Source: Clostridia bacterium (GTDB taxonomy: Bacteria; Bacillota; Clostridia; Oscillospirales; QAMX01). From it: DNA of 64,000 nt. Location of the stretch: positions 565-64,564 of the forward strand of contig JAFQKV010000100.1 in assembly GCA_017414715.1 (NCBI GenBank), written 5' to 3'. The number at the start of each line of letters is the position of its first letter. Position 1 is the stretch's first letter. Both the position numbers and the translations under genes were made by a program. Shown here in pieces: positions 1-8,878 of this stretch. The notes under the pieces were generated by a model. The model was given only the letters and a program-made list of their open reading frames with translations. It did no database searches and was not told the DNA's origin.

Positions 1-2855
1 GCCTGCGTCAGCGTCGTGCTGACGGCAACCTTTACCTCCGCATCGGAGGCAGAGGCATAGCCCTCGGCACGGCTCTTCTCGATCAGAAGATCCGACTCCG
101 CCAGAGAAATTGTAACGTCGCCGAGGTCGAGCTTCAGCTCACCCGCCGCGCTGAGCTCCTGCATGGCGACAGAGCCGTCCAGCGCAGCAAGCTTCTCCCG
201 GATCTCGCCAAGGCGCTTGCCAAAGCGGGGACCGAGGGTCTTCATCTGGGGTTTGAAGGAATAGGACATGAAGCCGCTCATATCCTCCGCCCAGGTAACC
301 TTCTTTACGTTCATCTCCTCGCGGATGATATCGACATAGAATTCAGGCAACTCTGCCTCACGGTTGATGAACATCTCCGCGAGAGGCTGGCGGGTCTTGA
401 CCGCGCCCTCGTTACGGGCCGCGCGGCCGAGAGAAACGATGCGCAGAAGCTTTTCCATATTGGCTTCGAGCTCCGCATCGATAAGTGCATCATCCGCCAC
501 GGGGAAGTCGCAGAGATGGATGCTCTCGGGTGCCGCGGAATCAATGGAACAAACGAGGTTGCGATAGATCGACTCGGTCATGAAGGGGGTCATGGGCGCA
601 GCAAGCTTTGCCACGGTGACCAGTGCCGTGTAGAGAGTCATATAGGCATTGATTTTGTCCTGGGTCATATCCTTACCCCAGAAGCGCTCACGGCTGCGGC
701 GGACGTACCAGTTGGACATGCTGTCCACAAAGTCCTGCAGGGCGCGGGCGGTCTCGGGGATCATATAATTGCCAAGACAGCTGTCGACATCCTTGATCAG
801 GGTGTTCAGGCGGGAAAGCAGCCACTTGTCCATGACAGAAAGCTTGTCATATTCAAGGGTATACTTGGTGGCATCAAAGCCATCGATATTGGCATAGAGA
901 ACGAAGAAAGCATAGGTATTCCAAAGGGTGCCCATGAACTTGCGCTGACCCTCGGTCACCGCGCCGCCGTAGAACTTATTGGGCAGCCAGGGTGCACTGT
1001 TCTCGTAGAAGTACCAGCGAATGGCATCCGCGCCGTAGGTATTGAGAGCCTCGAAGGGATCGACGGCGTTGCCCTTGGACTTGGACATCTTCTGGCCGTT
1101 CTCATCCTGCACAAGGCCAAGAACGATAACGTTCTTATAGGGAGCCTTATCAAAGAGCAGGGTGGAAATGGCAAGCAGAGAATAGAACCAGCCTCGGGTC
1201 TGGTCGACAGCTTCGGAGATAAAGTCCGCGGGGAAATTCTCCTCGAACTTATCCTTATTCTCAAAGGGATAATGCCACTGGGCAAAGGGCATGGAGCCGG
1301 AGTCAAACCAGCAGTCAATGACCTCTTCCACGCGCTTCATCTCGCCGCCGCACTTCTCGCAGCGCAGGGTGACGGCATCGATATACGGGCGGTGCAGCTC
1401 GATATCCTCAGGGCAATTGTCGGACATTGCCTTCAGCTCCTCGATGGAACCGATGGCATGCAGATGTCCGCAGGAACACTGCCAGATGTTGAGCGGAGTT
1501 CCCCAGTAGCGGTTACGGCTGATACCCCAGTCCTGCACATTCTCCAGCCAGTCGCCGAAGCGGCCGCGGCCGATGGACTCGGGGATCCAGTTGATGGTCT
1601 TGTTGTTCTCGATGAGGCGGTCACGGACAGCGGTCATCTTAACAAACCAGGACTCGCGGGCATAGTAGATGAGGGGCGTGTCGCAGCGCCAGCAATGGGG
1701 GTAGCTGTGCTCAAACTCCAGCACGCGGTAAAGCAGTCCCTTTTCCTTCAGCTCCTTGAGCACCAGGGGATCGGCCTGCTTGCAGAAGGTGCCGTCCCAA
1801 GGGGTGCCGCCGGTCATCTCGCCGCGGCCGTCGACCATCTGCACAAAGGGCAGATCGTAGGAGCGGCCGACCTGGGAGTCATCCTCACCGAAGGCAGGCG
1901 CAATGTGAACGACACCGGTACCGTCGGTCAGGGTGACGTAATCGGCACAGGTAACGTAGAAGGCCTTGCGGTCGGTCTTCGCATAATCAAAGAGGGGCTC
2001 GTATTCCTTATACTCCAGATCTTTGCCCACGTACCGCTCCAGCACCTCCGCCTCACCCACGACGGTGGAAACCAGTGCCTCGGCAAGATAATAGATGCTG
2101 CCGTCCTCAGCCTTGACCTTTACATAGCTCTCGCGGGGATTGACGCAGAGGGCAACGTTGGAGGGCAGAGTCCAGGGCGTGGTGGTCCAGGCAAGAATAA
2201 AGGCATCCTCACCCTTTGCCTTGAAGCGGACGATGCAGGATTTCTCCTTGACATCCTTATAGCCCTGTGCCACCTCGTGGGAGGACAGAGGGGTTCCGCA
2301 GCGGGGGCAGTAGGGCACGATCTTATAGCCCTTGTAGAGCAGGCCCTTTTCCCAGATCTGCTTAAGTGCCCACCATTCAGACTCAATAAAGTCGTTGTGA
2401 TAGGTGACGTAAGGATCATCCATATCCGCCCAGAAGCCGACGGTGGAGGAAAAGTCCTCCCACATGCCCTTATACTTCCAAACGCTTTCCTTGCACTTGG
2501 TGATAAAGGGCTCGAGGCCGTACTCCTCGATCTGCTCCTTGCCGTCAAGGCCGAGAAGCTTTTCGACCTCCAGCTCAACCGGCAGGCCGTGGGTATCCCA
2601 GCCGGCCTTACGGGTGACCTTGCAGCCCTTCATGGCATGGTAGCGGGGGATCATATCCTTAATAACACGGGTCAGAACGTGACCGATGTGGGGCTTGCCG
2701 TTGGCCGTGGGAGGTCCGTCATAGAAGGAATAGACCTCTCCCCCCTCGCGTTGCTCGATGGAACGCTCAAAAATACGGTTTTCTTTCCAGAAGCGCTCAA
2801 CTTCCTTTTCCCGATCTTTAAAATTCAGATCGGTCGATACTTCCTTATAAAGCAT
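1..2855 (-). CDS. ileS: Isoleucyl-tRNA synthetase, N-terminal ~950 codons; the 3' end runs off the left edge of the window
   Basis: Absent from the ORF track because there is no stop in the window. My translation of the minus strand from ATG 2855 reads MLYKEVSTDLNFKDREKEVERFWKENRIFERS..FYDGPPTANGKPHIGHVLTRVIKDMIPRYHAMKGCKV..GWDTHGLPVELEVEK. This has a class I HIGH motif and an IleRS-type N-terminus. GGAGG lies a few nt upstream, and a T-box leader with an AUC specifier precedes it. Confidence 0.85.
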   Translation of the reverse strand, partial: MLYKEVSTDLNFKDREKEVERFWKENRIFERSIEQREGGEVYSFYDGPPTANGKPHIGHVLTRVIKDMIPRYHAMKGCKVTRKAGWDTHGLPVELEVEKLLGLDGKEQIEEYGLEPFITKCKESVWKYKGMWEDFSSTVGFWADMDDPYVTYHNDFIESEWWALKQIWEKGLLYKGYKIVPYCPRCGTPLSSHEVAQGYKDVKEKSCIVRFKAKGEDAFILAWTTTPWTLPSNVALCVNPRESYVKVKAEDGSIYYLAEALVSTVVGEAEVLERYVGKDLEYKEYEPLFDYAKTDRKAFYVTCADYVTLTDGTGVVHIAPAFGEDDSQVGRSYDLPFVQMVDGRGEMTGGTPWDGTFCKQADPLVLKELKEKGLLYRVLEFEHSYPHCWRCDTPLIYYARESWFVKMTAVRDRLIENNKTINWIPESIGRGRFGDWLENVQDWGISRNRYWGTPLNIWQCSCGHLHAIGSIEELKAMSDNCPEDIELHRPYIDAVTLRCEKCGGEMKRVEEVIDCWFDSGSMPFAQWHYPFENKDKFEENFPADFISEAVDQTRGWFYSLLAISTLLFDKAPYKNVIVLGLVQDENGQKMSKSKGNAVDPFEALNTYGADAIRWYFYENSAPWLPNKFYGGAVTEGQRKFMGTLWNTYAFFVLYANIDGFDATKYTLEYDKLSVMDKWLLSRLNTLIKDVDSCLGNYMIPETARALQDFVDSMSNWYVRRSRERFWGKDMTQDKINAYMTLYTALVTVAKLAAPMTPFMTESIYRNLVCSIDSAAPESIHLCDFPVADDALIDAELEANMEKLLRIVSLGRAARNEGAVKTRQPLAEMFINREAELPEFYVDIIREEMNVKKVTWAEDMSGFMSYSFKPQMKTLGPRFGKRLGEIREKLAALDGSVAMQELSAAGELKLDLGDVTISLAESDLLIEKSRAEGYASASDAEVKVAVSTTLTQ

Positions 2856-2870
2856 AATACCTCCAAATAT

Positions 2871-3105
2871 AAAAAATGCCCCGTCCGAACAGGACGAGGC
2901 ATTTTATGCTCGTATAAACCACCCATTCTGCATACTACAGAAGATCCGTATAACGGCGGACAGCCGCCCGTGCTTACTGTACGATTTCGGCCCGGGGCTC
3001 GGGAGTGATCTTCACACCGCCGGAAGCCGCAGGCTTGCACCGACCGCCTGTTCTCTGCATGGCTTCACCCCTGCGGGCTACTCTCTCCGTCAACGCTTTC
3101 GCGTG
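2871..3105 (-). promoter_or_regulatory. T-box riboswitch leader (Ile specifier AUC) with terminator/antiterminator
   Basis: The minus strand reads ..GCGAAAGCGUUGACGGAGAGAGUAGCC.. (stem I GA/AGUA motif), ..CAGAGAACAGGCGGUCGGUGCAAGCC.. (AG bulge plus GGUGNRA distal loop) and ..GGUGUGAAG-AUC-ACUC.. (specifier loop; AUC is plus 3007-3009). It then reads AAUGGGUGGUUUAUACGAG (T-box UGGU). A hairpin tgcctcgtcc/ggacggggca plus a U-run (plus 2871-2901) sits just before the ileS RBS. Confidence 0.7.
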
Positions 3106-3128
3106 TATTTCTTGTTATTGAAAAAAGC

Positions 3129-4145
3129 TTATTTGTTGAAAAGACCCATGATGTCGCCCCAGGGATCATCGGCGGCAGCTTCCTTCTTCGCGGAAGGATC
3201 GGCCTGAGGTGCGCCCTGGTTGTCAAAGCCGGTGGCGACGATGGTGATGCGGACCTCGTCCTCCATGTTATCATCCACAGCAAAGCCGAAGATAACGTTG
3301 GCCTCGGGATTAGCGTTCTTGGTGATGAAGGAGATGGCATCGTCAACCTCGTCAAGTCCGAGATCGCCGGAGCCGATAACGTTGATCAGAATACCCTTCG
3401 CGCCGTCGATAGAGGTCTCCAGCAGGGGGCTGTAGACAGCGAGCTCAGCTGCGATCTTTGCCTTATCCTTGCCCTGCGCCTTACCAAGACCCATGTGGGC
3501 ATAGCCCGCATCCTTCATGATGGCGCAGACATCTGCAAAGTCGAGGTTAATGATACCGTCGATGGTGATCAGATCGGAGATGGAGCTGATGGCCTGACGG
3601 AGGACATCATCGGCGATCTCAAAGGCGTTCTTGAAGGTGATCTTCTGATCGGTAACGTTCTTCAGACGCTCGTTGGGGATAACAACGAGGGAGTCAACCT
3701 TGTCGCTGAGCTCCTCAATGCCGGCAAGGGCATTGTTCATTCTGCGGGAACCCTCAAAGGCAAAGGGCTTGGTGACAACGCCAACCACGAGGGCACCGTT
3801 CTTGCGGGAGATATCCGCAACGATGGGAGCCGCACCGGTGCCGGTTCCGCCGCCCATACCGGCAGCGAGGAAGACCATGTCGGTATCCTTGGCAATGGCT
3901 TCGATCTGCTCGACGTTCTCTTCGGCAGACTTTCTGCCCTTCTCGGGATCTGCACCGGCACCGCGGCCGGCGGTCTGCTTGATGCCGATCTGGACCTTGG
4001 TCTCAGCCTTGGACTTGTCCAGCACCTGAATATCCGTATTGACGGCGACAAATTCCGCGCCCTGCATACCGCTGTCGATCATGCGGTTGACAGCATTGTT
4101 ACCGGCACCGCCGACACCGATTACCTTAATTCTAACATCGCTCAT
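3129..4145 (-). CDS. ftsZ: Cell division GTPase FtsZ
   Basis: IKVIGVGGAGNNAVNRM, GGGTGTGAAPIVA (tubulin signature), VVTKPFAFEG, C-terminal DDPWGDIMGLFNK tail. Confidence 0.97.
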   Translation of the reverse strand: MSDVRIKVIGVGGAGNNAVNRMIDSGMQGAEFVAVNTDIQVLDKSKAETKVQIGIKQTAGRGAGADPEKGRKSAEENVEQIEAIAKDTDMVFLAAGMGGGTGTGAAPIVADISRKNGALVVGVVTKPFAFEGSRRMNNALAGIEELSDKVDSLVVIPNERLKNVTDQKITFKNAFEIADDVLRQAISSISDLITIDGIINLDFADVCAIMKDAGYAHMGLGKAQGKDKAKIAAELAVYSPLLETSIDGAKGILINVIGSGDLGLDEVDDAISFITKNANPEANVIFGFAVDDNMEDEVRITIVATGFDNQGAPQADPSAKKEAAADDPWGDIMGLFNK

Positions 4146-4218
4146 TATGAAGTCCTGCCTTCCTTAAAATGCTTGTTTTTTCCGTGATATGCGCATTACA
4201 TTTCATTATAATACTTAC

Positions 4219-4247
4219 ATTATAAACTATAGTTTTTGATTTTTCAA
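4219..4247 (-). promoter_or_regulatory. Candidate sigma-A promoter in the ftsQ-ftsZ spacer (TTGAAA-17-TATAAT on the minus strand)
   Basis: Plus tttcaa 4242-4247 and attata 4219-4224 with a 17-nt spacer, in a 171-nt AT-rich gap. Confidence 0.45.
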
Positions 4248-4316
4248 CAGAAAAAGCAAAAAATATTTCTATTTTTCTGCGTTTTCCCCATCCGGAAAGG
4301 AATTTTCTGTCTCCAA

Positions 4317-5144
4317 TTACTCTTCCGTTCCTGTTTCTCCTGCCTCCGGCAGCACGGTCGGTGTCGGGCTCGGTTCCGGCCGGGAGGGTACAAACCGATA
4401 GTCCTCCCCCGTCATGTCGAGCACACCGGCAGTATCCCCCGGAAGATTTGCGAGAACTTCGCCGAGCGCGCGGATCTTGCGTTCCGTCTTTCCGTTGTCC
4501 ATGCCAAGGCGCACCTCGATCTTTTCCATATATGTCAGCGTCACCGAATAAGCCCCCTCCATGGTCACGGCGCTCACACGCTCGATGAGCCCATGGGATG
4601 CAAGGACGGAAAGAAGCTCCGACAGCGTTTTCCCCTGTCGCGGAAGTACAGTAGTCATGGGATCGCCAGGGCGGACATCCGCAAGCTCCACCCCGGTGAC
4701 CACCGCCGCCGAGCCGGGCTCGGCGGTACGCTCCAGCACCTTTCCCGCCGCGTCCACGAGGACATAACAACCGCCGTCCTGAATGGCCACCGCCGCGCCG
4801 GTTTCCTTGATGGTGATGACCAGCGTCTTCGGGAGCTTGCGTGTCAGACGGATTTCTCCGATATAGGGAAGCTTTGACAGCATATCCTTCTGAACGGAAA
4901 ACTTGTTGAAGAAATAAAGATTGTCTCCCTTTTCAAGCCCGGTGGCGACGATAATATCCGTGCGCCCGTATCGGGTCGAACCTACGATCTCGTAGTTTTC
5001 CAGCCGAAAGATTACCGTGATCCCGGCAAGCGCAACGCCAATGACCGCAAGCGTGGAAACGACGGCGTAAACAAACCCGAACCCGCGGCGGCGTGCGCCG
5101 GAGGCTTTGGGCTGCGCTCTCCTTTTTATAATTCTTTTCGGCAT
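4317..5144 (-). CDS. ftsQ: FtsQ/DivIB-type cell division protein (single TM plus POTRA-like region)
   Basis: Basic N-terminus, TM segment FVYAVVSTLAVIGVALAGITVIF, then ..YEIVGSTRYGRTDI..LPYIGEIRLTRKLPKTLVITIKE. Position between murA and ftsZ. Confidence 0.75.
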   Translation of the reverse strand: MPKRIIKRRAQPKASGARRRGFGFVYAVVSTLAVIGVALAGITVIFRLENYEIVGSTRYGRTDIIVATGLEKGDNLYFFNKFSVQKDMLSKLPYIGEIRLTRKLPKTLVITIKETGAAVAIQDGGCYVLVDAAGKVLERTAEPGSAAVVTGVELADVRPGDPMTTVLPRQGKTLSELLSVLASHGLIERVSAVTMEGAYSVTLTYMEKIEVRLGMDNGKTERKIRALGEVLANLPGDTAGVLDMTGEDYRFVPSRPEPSPTPTVLPEAGETGTEE

Positions 5145-5162
5145 ATCATTTATACTTCCCGG

Positions 5163-6449
5163 TCAGCAATTATTCGCAGCCTGTGCTCCCGTCCTGCGGA
5201 TAGAGGCACCTGCGTTAGATAATAATTGTACCATATTCTCATAGCCTCTGTCTATATGGTCAAGGCGAAAGATGCTGCTTTTCCCCTCTGCGGCCAGAGC
5301 CGCCACCACAAGCGCCGCCCCCGCGCGCAGATCGCAGGCGCAGACCTCGCAGCCGCAAAGGCGCCGAACGCCGCAGACCACAGCGGTCCGGCCTTCCGTA
5401 CGGATATGCGCACCCATGCGCACAAGCTCCGACACGTGCCGGAAGCGGCTGTCAAAAATATTCTCCACAAAAATGGTGACCCCGTCACCCGGACACATGG
5501 CTGCCATGAGAATGGCCTGTGCATCGGTGGGAAATCCGGGATAGGGTTGCGTGCGGATGACCTCTCCGCCCCGCAGACGTCCTTCCGAACGGATACGGAT
5601 ACCGCTGCGCTCCGTCTCCAGCCTTGCGCCCGCACGCCGCAAAGACGCACATACCGTGGCAATCGTATCCTCCGTCGCTTCTTCCACCAGCAGATCACCG
5701 CCCGCAGCCGCCGCGGCGCACAGCCACGTAGCCGCTACGATACGGTCCGGCATGATGCGAATCTGCGCGGAGTGCAGCGGCCGCCCGCCCTCGATCTCGA
5801 TTACCGACGTACCGGCTCCGTGGATCCGGGCACCGGCGGCGGTCAGAAATTCCTGCAAATTGACGATCTCCGGCTCCCGCGCCGCGTTGCAGATGCGCGT
5901 AAGCCCCGGAACGGCGCAGGCAGCGAGCATTACATTTTCCGTTGCACCGACGCTCGGGAAGGCAAGATGTACCGTTCCTGCATGCATCCCCTCTGAGGAT
6001 GCCGTCAGGCGGCCGCCTTCATCCATGATATCCGCACCCAGTTCCCGCAAAGCTGCAAGATGCAGATCGATAGGTCTCGGTCCCAGCTCACAGCCACCGG
6101 GATAGCTCATCTCGCATTTCCCGCAGGCGGCAAGGATCGCTCCGAGAAAAAATACAGATGACCGCATCTCCCGCATGAGACCGTCGGGAATATCCCACGC
6201 CGAAAGACAGGAGGCATCCACCAGAAGGGTGCTCCCCTCGCGGGAGACCTTTGCCCCGAGATGCCGCAGAATGGAGATTGCCGTTTCAACGTCCGAAAGT
6301 GCCGGAACGTTGTCAATGCGGCTCTCCCCGCGGCACATGACCGTGGCCGCCATAATGGGCAAAACACTGTTCTTTGCACCCTGTACCCGTATGCGTCCCC
6401 CAAGTCGCCGTCCGCCTTCGATGATGAGCCGATCCGTAGTCATATACAC
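5163..6449 (-). CDS. murA: UDP-N-acetylglucosamine 1-carboxyvinyltransferase
   Basis: LIIEGGRRLGGRIRVQGAKNSVLPIMAA.., PGGCELGPRPIDLHL, FPTDAQA, RGYE..L..LGA motifs. Confidence 0.93.
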   Translation of the reverse strand: MYMTTDRLIIEGGRRLGGRIRVQGAKNSVLPIMAATVMCRGESRIDNVPALSDVETAISILRHLGAKVSREGSTLLVDASCLSAWDIPDGLMREMRSSVFFLGAILAACGKCEMSYPGGCELGPRPIDLHLAALRELGADIMDEGGRLTASSEGMHAGTVHLAFPSVGATENVMLAACAVPGLTRICNAAREPEIVNLQEFLTAAGARIHGAGTSVIEIEGGRPLHSAQIRIMPDRIVAATWLCAAAAAGGDLLVEEATEDTIATVCASLRRAGARLETERSGIRIRSEGRLRGGEVIRTQPYPGFPTDAQAILMAAMCPGDGVTIFVENIFDSRFRHVSELVRMGAHIRTEGRTAVVCGVRRLCGCEVCACDLRAGAALVVAALAAEGKSSIFRLDHIDRGYENMVQLLSNAGASIRRTGAQAANNC

Positions 6450-6536
6450 AATCCTCCTCCGGCAGCTCCCCTGCCGGGAACGCCGCGCACCTTATTCTAT
6501 GCCGGCGCGGAGGCCCGTGTGTTTATTTTTTGTCTT

Positions 6537-7679
6537 TCAGTCAGCAACTTTTTTGTTTTTTTCGCGAAGCAAGCCGCAAAGTTCGTTCCAGATGCGCTCC
6601 TCCGCATCCCACACGGCCATGCCGAGACCGGCGCGGTGCATTCGCTCCCGAACGTCGGGGGAATCCAGCAGCTCACGCACCCGCGCATAGAGCAGCGCAC
6701 CGCTGCAGTCCTTCTCCAGAATGACCTCAGCAGCGCCCTGTGCCTCCAACGCCCGGGCATTTTTCTCCTGATGGTTTTCCGCCACATTGGGAGAGGGCAC
6801 GATAACCGCCGGAAGTCCGGCGCAGCACACCTCCGTCATGGTCATGGCACCGGCGCGGCACAAAATCAGATCCGCGCCCTGCATGATTTCCGCAAGATTC
6901 CTGATATATTCCCGTACATCGGTATTGGGTCGATCGATGCCGCGCTCCTTAAGAAGCTCCGGAAACCATTTGTATCCAAAGGATCCGGTGGCATGGATGT
7001 GCAGGAAGGTGTCATCCTTCTCCGCACAGGCAAAATAATCGGCCATGTGCCGGTTCATTTCCCGCGCACCGAGAGATCCCCAGGCCGAGAGCACCACCGG
7101 CATATCCTTTGGCAATCCGTACTTTTCCCGAACTGCATCGCGGCGGAGCGTCATATCCGCCGTGATCGGGTTGCCCGTCCAAACGGGCTTAGCCGGATCC
7201 TTAAAACACTTTCTTGCCGCATCAAAGCCGATCAGGATGCGATCGCAGCTGTTTTGCAGGAGTTTTGTGGTTTTCCCCACCAGTGCATTGGATTCGTGGA
7301 TCATCGTCGGAATCCCGAGGGAATGTGCGGCATGCAAAAAGGGGAAACAGGCAAAGCCGCCGGTACCAATGACGGCATCCGGCGCATGCTCCCGAAGTAT
7401 CTTCTTTGCAGAAGGGATCGCACGGGTCAGATAGAAGATCGTCCTGGCATTGTACCAGATGTCCCTGGGCGTAATCCGGCGGGAAAGGCCCTGCACGGGA
7501 ATGGTGACGATCTCGTAACCCGCAGATCGCACCAGCCGTTCCTCCATCCCTCCGCGGGAACCGCCGAATACGATCTCCGCCTCAGGTCTGCGTTTCCGGA
7601 TGCCTGCGGCAATGGCCAGCGCAGGGTTGATATGACCTGCGGTGCCGCCGCAGGAAAAGAAGATCTTCATATCGCTCAC
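6537..7679 (-). CDS. murG: UDP-GlcNAc:lipid I GlcNAc transferase MurG
   Basis: KIFFSCGGTAGHINPALAIA, ..GTGGFACFP.., CRAGAMTMTE..GLPAVIVPSPNVAENHQEKNA. Confidence 0.93.
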   Translation of the reverse strand: MSDMKIFFSCGGTAGHINPALAIAAGIRKRRPEAEIVFGGSRGGMEERLVRSAGYEIVTIPVQGLSRRITPRDIWYNARTIFYLTRAIPSAKKILREHAPDAVIGTGGFACFPFLHAAHSLGIPTMIHESNALVGKTTKLLQNSCDRILIGFDAARKCFKDPAKPVWTGNPITADMTLRRDAVREKYGLPKDMPVVLSAWGSLGAREMNRHMADYFACAEKDDTFLHIHATGSFGYKWFPELLKERGIDRPNTDVREYIRNLAEIMQGADLILCRAGAMTMTEVCCAGLPAVIVPSPNVAENHQEKNARALEAQGAAEVILEKDCSGALLYARVRELLDSPDVRERMHRAGLGMAVWDAEERIWNELCGLLREKNKKVAD

Positions 7680-8854
7680 CCCTCCTTCTTCATCGGGATC
7701 TGTCTGGAGACCGACAGCATCAGTCCCATCTCACACAGGAGAACGACAAGAGACGTGCCTCCGTAGCTGAAGAAGGGCAGGGACATGCCGGTGACCGGCA
7801 TGGCGTTGGTGACAACGGCGATATTGATGATGATCTGCAGCGACAGCATGGTCATGATGCCCACGGCAAGCATCGTTCCGAAGCGATCACGTGCATGGAA
7901 GGCGATCCAGAAGCCGCGGATCATAAAGGCTGCAAATACGAGAATAATGAGCATCGCGCCGACAAAGCCGAGCTCCTCTGCAGCGATGGAAAAGACATAG
8001 TCGTTATGGGATTCCGGCAGAAAGAGCTGCTTCTGGCGACCGTTTCCGAGGCCAAGGCCGAAAAGGCCGCCGGAGCCGACCGCATACAGGCTTTGAATGG
8101 TCTGATAGCCGGAGCCGAGGGGGTCCGCATACGGATTCTGCCATGCCTCGATGCGGCGCTGGATGTATCCGAGAAAGTCCGTAAACAGCATAAGATACAA
8201 ACCGACCGCGCCCACCAGCGCGCCGCCGGATATGATCCACTTCCAGGCAAGACCGCCCACAAAAATCATCACAAAACAGGTCATCGCAATGAGGATCAGG
8301 GCGGACATATGCGGCTGCCGGTACAGAAGAAGTCCCACAACGGCCATAACGCCGATATAGGGTACGAGGCCGTAGCGCAGGGTCTTCATTTTCTCGTGAT
8401 ATTTGTCGATAAAGGCGGCAAAGAAAACGATAAGGCCGATCTACGTCAGCTCGGAGGGCTGGAACTGAATACCGGCCACGATGATCCAGCGCTTGGAGAA
8501 ATTTCGCACAACACCGAAAAGCTCCACCGCCACAAGCGCAAGCACCGAAAAAGCAAGGATCACAAGCCAGTATTTTTTCAGCCACCGGTAGTCAAAACGG
8601 GAAATGACCAGCATCAATCCAAAGCCGACAACGGCATAGGCCGTCTGGTGAAGAATGTAATAGGACGTAGTGTCATGGTCCCGCAGAGAGAGAGAGTAGC
8701 TTGCGGAATAAACGATGACGAGACCAAAAAAGAGCAGCGTGCACACAAGCATGAAGAAAGGCGCGTCCATGCCGATAAAACGAACTCTCTTTTTTTCTTT
8801 CCGCGGCATGACCGTCACGTTCTGCGCCGCCGTATTGTGGTTTGTCTCCGTCAT
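7676..8854 (-). pseudogene. ftsW: SEDS-family lipid II polymerase (FtsW/SpoVE) interrupted by one in-frame TAG at 8441-8443
   Basis: Track ORFs 8441..8872 and 7676..8389 are in the same frame. My translation across the gap reads ..GIQFQPSELT*IGLIVFFAAFIDKYHEKMKTLRYG.., which is the conserved SEDS QPSE..K region. The C-terminal part has GLGLGNGRQK, PESHNDYVF and MPVTGMSLPFFSYGGTS. The RBS-supported start is ATG 8854 (GGGAGAA upstream). Confidence 0.85.
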
Positions 8855-8878
8855 TTCGTTCTCCCGATCCAAATCAAA

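Noticed and set aside
516-3008. 830-aa plus-strand ORF at the left edge
   Set aside because: It is antisense to a clearly recognisable ileS (HIGH motif, T-box leader, RBS) on the minus strand. Its translation is low-complexity and G/A/L/V-rich with no motif I recognise. This is a typical shadow ORF of GC-rich DNA.
8441-8443. Genome-wide reassignment of TAG (for example to Pyl or another sense meaning) as the explanation for the in-frame amber in ftsW
   Set aside because: At least four other genes in the window (murE, the SpoVB-like flippase, the DUF3842-like gene and the APH-fold kinase) terminate at TAG at positions consistent with full-length family members. No pyl genes are present in the window.
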